Assembly: GCA_043747615.1 (NCBI GenBank)
Contig: JAYTOU010000093.1
Span: 1 to 64,000 of the forward strand
Source of the DNA: Myxococcales bacterium
GTDB taxonomy: Bacteria > Myxococcota_A > Polyangia > Polyangiales > Polyangiaceae
Length of the DNA: 64,000 bases
Direction: 5' to 3'
Shown here in pieces: positions 58,397 to 64,000 of the stretch (its first letter is position 1; each line of letters opens with the position of its first letter). The notes under the pieces were generated by a model. The model was not told the origin of the DNA, searched no databases, and worked only from the letters and a program-made list of their open reading frames with translations. The translations under genes and the position numbers were made by a program.

Positions 58397-59089
58397 ATGG
58401 CGCGCATCCTCGTCATCGACGACGACGCCTCACTGCTCGACGCGCTTTCGATCGCGTTCGAGAGCGCGGGCCATACCGTTCTCCTGGCGAAGGACGGCGT
58501 CGAGGGTCACGAGGTGATCCGCCGGGAAAGACCGGAGACGGTCGTCTCCGATGTGAACATGCCCGGGCTCGACGGATTCTCGCTGTGTCGCCGTCTCCGC
58601 GAGGAAGGAAATCACGTTCCTTTCATCTTGTTGACCTCACGCGACAACGACATCGACGAGACGCTCGGGCTCGAGCTCGGTGCAGATGACTACATCGCCA
58701 AGCCATTCAGTGTCCGGGTGCTTCTGGCGCGAGTGGTGTCGCTCCTACGACGCGATGCCCTCCGTGCGGGCGCGAAGAGTGAGAGCCCGCTGGTGGTGGA
58801 GGACCTCGAGCTCTTTCGCGATCGGCTGGAGGTGCGCTACCGCTCTCAGCCCATCCGGGTGACGGTGACGGAGTTCCGCCTGGTCGAGGCGCTCATTCGA
58901 AGGCCCGGAACCGTGCACTCGCGCGAGCAGCTTCTCGAAACGGTGCGCGGCGATTCGTTCGTCGTCGATCGCATCATCGATACCTACGTGCGTCGTTTGC
59001 GCCGTAAATTCGAGGCCATCGACGCAACCTTCGACAAGATCGAGACCGTCGTCGGGGCGGGGTATCGCTGGAGAGATCGTGGCAGCTGA
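58397..59089 (+). CDS. OmpR-family response regulator (ChvI/CreB-like)
   Basis: IDDD, DVNMP, LTSRD, GADDYIAKPF, IDTYVRRLRRKF. Confidence 0.92.
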   Translation: MARILVIDDDASLLDALSIAFESAGHTVLLAKDGVEGHEVIRRERPETVVSDVNMPGLDGFSLCRRLREEGNHVPFILLTSRDNDIDETLGLELGADDYIAKPFSVRVLLARVVSLLRRDALRAGAKSESPLVVEDLELFRDRLEVRYRSQPIRVTVTEFRLVEALIRRPGTVHSREQLLETVRGDSFVVDRIIDTYVRRLRRKFEAIDATFDKIETVVGAGYRWRDRGS

Positions 59090-60551
59090 GCGAACGCCAA
59101 TCCGTCACTCGCTCCGGGTGAAGGTCTTTGCGGTGACGCTGGCCGTCTCCGTAGCTCCTCAGCTCTTCGTCTTCGCCTGGAGCAAGATGGAGCGAAACAT
59201 CGCCGGGACCATGCAGGCGAACGCGATCCGCGCGGCCGACGAGACGGTCGAGGCCTTGACCCGGCGGCGGGAAGCGGCGGCGAAGGATGCGCCTCCCCTC
59301 GAAGGCGCGCTCGACGACGTCGCCCGGCTGCATGTGGTGCGCGTGAGGCTGATGAGCGACCACGGGCGCATGTACGCCGACGTGGATCGCGACAATGACT
59401 TCGACCTCGTCCACCAGATCGGAACGCTCTTCTTCGGGCCAGACGGAGCGCCGACGCTGCGCGAATTCGATGCGAGCCTCGAGCCCTTGCTCGCTCGCCC
59501 GGAGGTGACGGAAGCGCGCGTGAAGGACATCTCGTCCGGATGCCGGACGTCGGCGGGCGCGAAGCTGCTGGTCTGCCACGCCGCTCGTTTCGTCGAGCAC
59601 GGGGATGGCACCGACGACATCGTCTACGTGCAAGAGAGCTCGCGACGCGCCGTACGTGCGCTCTACGACCTTCGCTACCAGCTCGCTCGCCTCACGGTGA
59701 TCACCGTCCCCGTAGCCCTCTTGCTCGCGTGGTGGATATCGAAACGCATCGTCACTCCGATCGAGAAGCTTCGTCGCGAAGCTCTTAAAAAAGCCTCGTC
59801 CGCCAATCCGGAGGGAGCGCTCGTCCTCGAGGGAAGGGACGAAGTGGCCGACCTCGCGCTCGCGTTCAACCGCCTTCTCGCGCAGCTCGGTGAGCGCGGT
59901 CTCGCCAACGAACGCTTCGTCGCCGACCTCGTGCACGAATTCAAAAATCCGGTCGCGGCGATCCGCGTCTGCGCCGACACCCTCGGCGACGGTCCCATCG
60001 ACGAAGCCAAGGGCGCGCGGATCGCTCGCGTCCTCAAGGACTCGAGCATTCGCCTGGACACGCTCGTCAGCCAATTTCTCGAGCTCGCCCGGGCCGAGGC
60101 CGGAATGCCGAACGAAGCGCGCAGCGAAGTCGATCTCGGCGCGCTCGCCGACGGCATCGTCGAGGCGATGCGGGTGCGTCATCCCGGCGTGCAGATCGAC
60201 GTCGACCGCGACGAACGAGCAAGCGTGCTCGGCGTGTCGCATCGTCTCGACTCCGTGCTCCGGAATCTCGTCGAGAACGCGGTGTCCTTCGCTCCGGTCA
60301 GCGGGAGGGTGCACGTGGTCGTCAAGCGCGCCGCGGACCACGTATTGGTCAGCGTGTCCGACAACGGCCCCGGCATCAGCGAAACGGAACGTCCCAAAGT
60401 CTTCACCCGCTTTTTCACGACCCGAGGACGCGGCAGCGGACTTGGCCTCGCCCTCGTGCGAGCGGTCGTCGAGGCCCACGGCGGAACCGTAAGCGTCCTG
60501 TCCCCGCCCGGAAAAGGCGCGACCTTCGAGCTACGAATTCCCGCCGTGTGA
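59079..60551 (+). CDS. Sensor histidine kinase (TM-HAMP-HisKA-HATPase)
   Basis: HEFKNP, NLVENA, DNGPGI, GSGLGL. Confidence 0.92.
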   Translation: MAAERTPIRHSLRVKVFAVTLAVSVAPQLFVFAWSKMERNIAGTMQANAIRAADETVEALTRRREAAAKDAPPLEGALDDVARLHVVRVRLMSDHGRMYADVDRDNDFDLVHQIGTLFFGPDGAPTLREFDASLEPLLARPEVTEARVKDISSGCRTSAGAKLLVCHAARFVEHGDGTDDIVYVQESSRRAVRALYDLRYQLARLTVITVPVALLLAWWISKRIVTPIEKLRREALKKASSANPEGALVLEGRDEVADLALAFNRLLAQLGERGLANERFVADLVHEFKNPVAAIRVCADTLGDGPIDEAKGARIARVLKDSSIRLDTLVSQFLELARAEAGMPNEARSEVDLGALADGIVEAMRVRHPGVQIDVDRDERASVLGVSHRLDSVLRNLVENAVSFAPVSGRVHVVVKRAADHVLVSVSDNGPGISETERPKVFTRFFTTRGRGSGLGLALVRAVVEAHGGTVSVLSPPGKGATFELRIPAV

Positions 60552-60556
60552 GGCGC

Positions 60557-61150
60557 TCAGGCGGTGGGCTCGACTACGCCTGACACGAAGCACCTTCGGC
60601 ACCGCGCTTCATAGGCCGCCGCGCCGCCGACGAAGAGTTGGCCTTCGCTCGCTACGAGCCGCTGCGATCGGCAAGCGTACGCCCCGCACGATGCGCAGAC
60701 CGCGTGCAACTTGGTGACGTATTCGGCAATGGCCATCAGAGAGGGGATCGGTCCAAAGGGCTGCCCTCGGTAGTCTTGGTCGAGCCCCGCGACGATCACG
60801 CGGATCCCGCGATCGGCGAGAGTCTCGGACACGGCGATGATGCGCTCGTCGAAGAACTGCACCTCGTCGATCCCCACGACGACGCTCTCGGAGTGCACGC
60901 AATCGAGGAGCTCCTGGGCGCTGCCCACAGGGTGAGCGTCGGCGTTGACCCCTTCGTGGGTGACCACCTTGACCGCGTCGTAGCGGTCGTCCACGCGCGG
61001 CTTGAAGAGCTGTACGCGCTGGCGGGCAAGCTTCGCGCGCTTGATGCGGCGGAGGAGCTCCTCGGTCTTTCCGCTGAACATCGAGCCGCACACGACCTCG
61101 ATGCACCCGGTGCGCGGCCCGAATGCCAGATGCTCGCCACTCAGCTCCAT
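60557..61150 (-). CDS. tdk: Thymidine kinase
   Basis: GSMFSGKT, IDEVQF, GLDQD, CASC...CRRC Zn site. Confidence 0.96.
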   Translation of the reverse strand: MELSGEHLAFGPRTGCIEVVCGSMFSGKTEELLRRIKRAKLARQRVQLFKPRVDDRYDAVKVVTHEGVNADAHPVGSAQELLDCVHSESVVVGIDEVQFFDERIIAVSETLADRGIRVIVAGLDQDYRGQPFGPIPSLMAIAEYVTKLHAVCASCGAYACRSQRLVASEGQLFVGGAAAYEARCRRCFVSGVVEPTA

Positions 61151-61182
61151 GCCCTAGCGAGGCTTAGCCGAGTCGCGCCGGG

Positions 61183-61431
61183 CTAACCAGTGCCTTCCGC
61201 GAGCGCGTCTTCGCGGCCGCGGACTTCGAGACGGTAACGGCTGTTGATCGTCTCGATGTAGAAGACTTCCCGTCCGGCGATGCGCAGTACGCGCTTTACG
61301 GGGGTGGTCACGTACTCGTGCATGCCGTCCGGGAACTCGATCACCACGACCGACCCCTTACGGGGCGCGCGAACCAAGCGGCCTGCGACGGCACGCGAGC
61401 CTTTGCCCAGCTTCCGAAGCACGACGTCCAC
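61183..61431 (-). CDS. Small beta-rich hypothetical protein
   Basis: 82 aa, protein-like (TTPVKRV...IETINSRY); co-oriented with tdk. Confidence 0.7.
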   Translation of the reverse strand: MDVVLRKLGKGSRAVAGRLVRAPRKGSVVVIEFPDGMHEYVTTPVKRVLRIAGREVFYIETINSRYRLEVRGREDALAEGTG

Positions 61432-61613
61432 AGAAAGAATCTAGCACCGTGGCCGCGCGCGTCTACTGCCGCAAAATAGGCTCTTTTGACGACATGACCC
61501 TTCACTTCTTGCGTCATCCATTGACGCACGGAGCTAGAAAGCGGCAATGTGCCGAAACCACGGGGGAAACAATCAACTCAGCGCGCCTCGGAAACGGGCC
61601 GCCAAGGGGAAAA

Positions 61614-61769
61614 ATGGGAAAGTTCGACCGCCGCAATTCGCAAAAAATGAAACGACGTAAGGCTCAGACGAAGAAAAAAGAGCGCGTCGCTCGCAAGGCC
61701 GCACCGAAAAAGGCCGCAGCGCCGGCCAAGAAGACCGCCGCGAAGAAGACGGCCGCAAAAGCCACCTAA
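61614..61769 (+). CDS. Small very basic Lys/Ala-rich protein (51 aa)
   Basis: AAGGGG RBS before ATG 61614; MGKFDRRNSQKMKRRKAQTKKKERVARKAAPKKAAAPAKKTAAKKTAAKAT. Confidence 0.75.
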   Translation: MGKFDRRNSQKMKRRKAQTKKKERVARKAAPKKAAAPAKKTAAKKTAAKAT

Positions 61770-61775
61770 GTCTCT

Positions 61776-62252
61776 TCAGTCGCCGAGACGCACCGTTGGG
61801 AACTGCGTGTTCTCGCGGTGCGGTGCTGCGACCGAAACGATCTTCTCGCCCATCAGGCCGACGTCGCCGTCGATGCGCGTTTCACGTTCGAGGAGCCAAT
61901 CGCCTTTGTGGTCGTGCCAGGTCTGGCGCAGCGTCGTCTGGCGGAGCTCCTGCTCATCCGGGCTGTACCAAGCCACACGAACCGAGACTTCCGCTTCCTC
62001 TTTGGTCGTCATTCGCAGGCCGGCGAGCTCGCAATCTGCGATGCGAACGCGACCGCCCCAGCCTTTGTGGACGCGGATGAACTCCTCACGCTCCTTCGCG
62101 GCGACGCGCTCCATGGCCATCTCCATGCGGCCGAACCGCATGTTGAGGTTGAGCTCCGTCGCAGACTCTTGGACGGCGGCCGCACCGCGCGCCTGGTTGA
62201 GACACGCCGTGAAGCCGAGAAGAACAAGGAAAACCGATCGTCGACCGTGCAT
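61776..62252 (-). CDS. Hypothetical lipoprotein
   Basis: FTAC lipobox; alpha/beta NTF2-like pattern (weak). Confidence 0.72.
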   Translation of the reverse strand: MHGRRSVFLVLLGFTACLNQARGAAAVQESATELNLNMRFGRMEMAMERVAAKEREEFIRVHKGWGGRVRIADCELAGLRMTTKEEAEVSVRVAWYSPDEQELRQTTLRQTWHDHKGDWLLERETRIDGDVGLMGEKIVSVAAPHRENTQFPTVRLGD

Positions 62253-62299
62253 CGCGCGACCCTACGGAAGGCGCGCGCGGACGGCCTACTTTTCGGCGA

Positions 62300-64000
62300 T
62301 CAGAAGGGCACGGCCGCTACGAAATAGACTTTGTCGAGGCCGCCGCTCGCCCACCCGTGCGCGTATCCAATTCGAAACGTGAAGCCGATCACGTAGCCGA
62401 GCAGGCTGTCGAACCAAAGCTCTGCGCCCGTCCCCGTTTTGAACTTCGCGGTCTCGGCAAAGTCGAAGGCGCTCCCGTAGTCGACGAACACGTTGCCGCT
62501 AAGTCGCTGGAAGAAGATGGGCAGCGTGGAGAGGCCGCGATCGACGTTGAGGATCGGAAAGCGATACTCCGCATTGAAGAGCGCGAAGTTGCGTCCGGCC
62601 TCGATGACCGTGGGGTAGCCCCGCATGGTGATTCCGCCTTGGATGAGGATGTTGCGCACGGTGTCGTAGAGCGGAAGATCGACGAAGCCGCCCACGAAGT
62701 AGGGTCCGCGCCCAGGGAAGTTGCCGCCACTCGTCCCGCCGCTGGCGTGAAGGCCAAGCGAGTGATGCCGTAGCCAGGGCATGGTCGCGTACGTCGCGAA
62801 CGAGGTCGACGCCGCGAAGCCACTGAAGTCGCTGGCGAGCGCGGGGTTCGTGAAATCGAGATTTGCGTTGAGAGAGAAGCCCTTTTCCGGGCCGATGCTC
62901 CACAGGTAACGCTGCGCGTTCGAGTATCCCCAGCCGACGCTCAACGTTCCCAACATGCCCGCCCCCGGGTAGGTCGGCGTCTCGTACGGATCGATATGCC
63001 CGGTGGAGCTCGGGTACTGCACGCCGAGTCGCGCAGCCGAATAGTTCGCGGAGAAGGACTGCCCGTCGAACTGCCCGGGGAGGCTGTAGGAAATGCCCGT
63101 CGCAATGCCCACGGCCTCTTGCACGTACGCCGGCTTGTAATTTTGCCCGAGTGAATAGCCGGCATGCGGGGAGATCGAGCGGAACGCGTGCATCCCGAGG
63201 TCGAACGGAAAACGACCGTAATTGTAGCCGAGGTCGAGCTGCACCTCTGGCCGCTCGAGCTCCGTGGTGAGCGTCGCCAGAATCGAGTGATGCCCGGCGA
63301 TGTCGCCGCCCGCGGCACCCACGATGATCGCCTGCCCAAAATTTCCGGGAGTGATCTGGAGGCTGAAGGTCCGCGGCCGCAGGGTGTGCAGAGGGTTGTA
63401 CGCGGTGATCGGAAAAACTTGGTGAGGCGGATCGTGGTGGACGGTCGGGCGAGCGTCGACGAAGGGTAGAGCGTCCGGCGCGGTCTCCGGATTTACCGGC
63501 ATGGCGAAGAGGTCGAATCCCGTGTGCGTGTATCCCACGTAAGCGAGCGTCTTGCCGTCCGGCGAAATCGACGGCTGGTAGGCGCCGTTGATCACGTTGG
63601 TGATCTGCTTCAAGCGTCCGGTGGCGACTTCCCACGCGAAGACGTTCGACACTCCCGTGCGGTCGGAGTGAAAGTAGAGCCACGCACCATCCGGGGAAAA
63701 AGAAGGCCCCGCGTCGATCGCGCGATCCTTCGTGACCTCTGCGAAGGAGCCGTCGCTACTGTCGACGAAGCGAATGTCCCGGTAGCCGCCGCGGGTCCAC
63801 ACGCTGTACGCGACGTGGCGGTTGTCGGGCGACCAGTGGGCGCCGTAGACCTGCTCGAAGCCGTTGCTCTTCACGAGCACGTGCGTGTTCGTCAGCTCGC
63901 CGTCGACGCTGAGGTCGGCGATCTGGAGGTAGCTCGTGCCACGATGATTGGTGGAGAAGACGACGCGCCGTCCGTCGGGAGACACGTCGGGATCGCTCGC
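62300..64000 (-). CDS. Omp85/BamA-TamA-family barrel protein with N-terminal PD40 (TolB-like) repeats (5' end outside the window)
   Basis: SPDG/SPDN repeats, MRGY, NAEYRFP, FVDYG, C-terminal Phe. The frame is open to base 64000. Confidence 0.85.
   Translation of the reverse strand, partial: ASDPDVSPDGRRVVFSTNHRGTSYLQIADLSVDGELTNTHVLVKSNGFEQVYGAHWSPDNRHVAYSVWTRGGYRDIRFVDSSDGSFAEVTKDRAIDAGPSFSPDGAWLYFHSDRTGVSNVFAWEVATGRLKQITNVINGAYQPSISPDGKTLAYVGYTHTGFDLFAMPVNPETAPDALPFVDARPTVHHDPPHQVFPITAYNPLHTLRPRTFSLQITPGNFGQAIIVGAAGGDIAGHHSILATLTTELERPEVQLDLGYNYGRFPFDLGMHAFRSISPHAGYSLGQNYKPAYVQEAVGIATGISYSLPGQFDGQSFSANYSAARLGVQYPSSTGHIDPYETPTYPGAGMLGTLSVGWGYSNAQRYLWSIGPEKGFSLNANLDFTNPALASDFSGFAASTSFATYATMPWLRHHSLGLHASGGTSGGNFPGRGPYFVGGFVDLPLYDTVRNILIQGGITMRGYPTVIEAGRNFALFNAEYRFPILNVDRGLSTLPIFFQRLSGNVFVDYGSAFDFAETAKFKTGTGAELWFDSLLGYVIGFTFRIGYAHGWASGGLDKVYFVAAVPF

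Overview
High-GC bacterial chromosomal window, most consistent with a Myxococcota (Polyangiaceae/Labilithrix-like) genome. This is an inference from the Hanks-type Ser/Thr kinases, DAG-rich lipoproteins and HEAT/PEGA proteins. Housekeeping genes (gluQ, gpmI, rnhA, HU, purB, fadI/fadJ, tdk) surround a ~22 kb surface-glycosylation region (9.9-31.9 kb). That region holds a TMTC-like GT-C/TPR glycosyltransferase heading an operon for a probable C-methyl-branched deoxysugar, CDP-sugar genes, six SAM-fold proteins and two more GT-C-like membrane proteins. Within it, two identical full-length tRNA-Lys(CUU) genes, each with a homologous sigma70-type promoter, bracket a ~10.8 kb integrase-free glycan cassette as direct repeats. 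Further along are a PhoB/PhoR-like operon with an LtaS/EptA-type enzyme and a diheme cytochrome c-rhodanese fusion, an OprO/P-like porin, an orphan Flp-pilin chimera with a Gly-rich linker and a second membrane anchor, and several small unknown proteins. No CRISPR array, transposase, integrase or rRNA was seen. Family calls come from motif recognition by eye, and no database searches were run.
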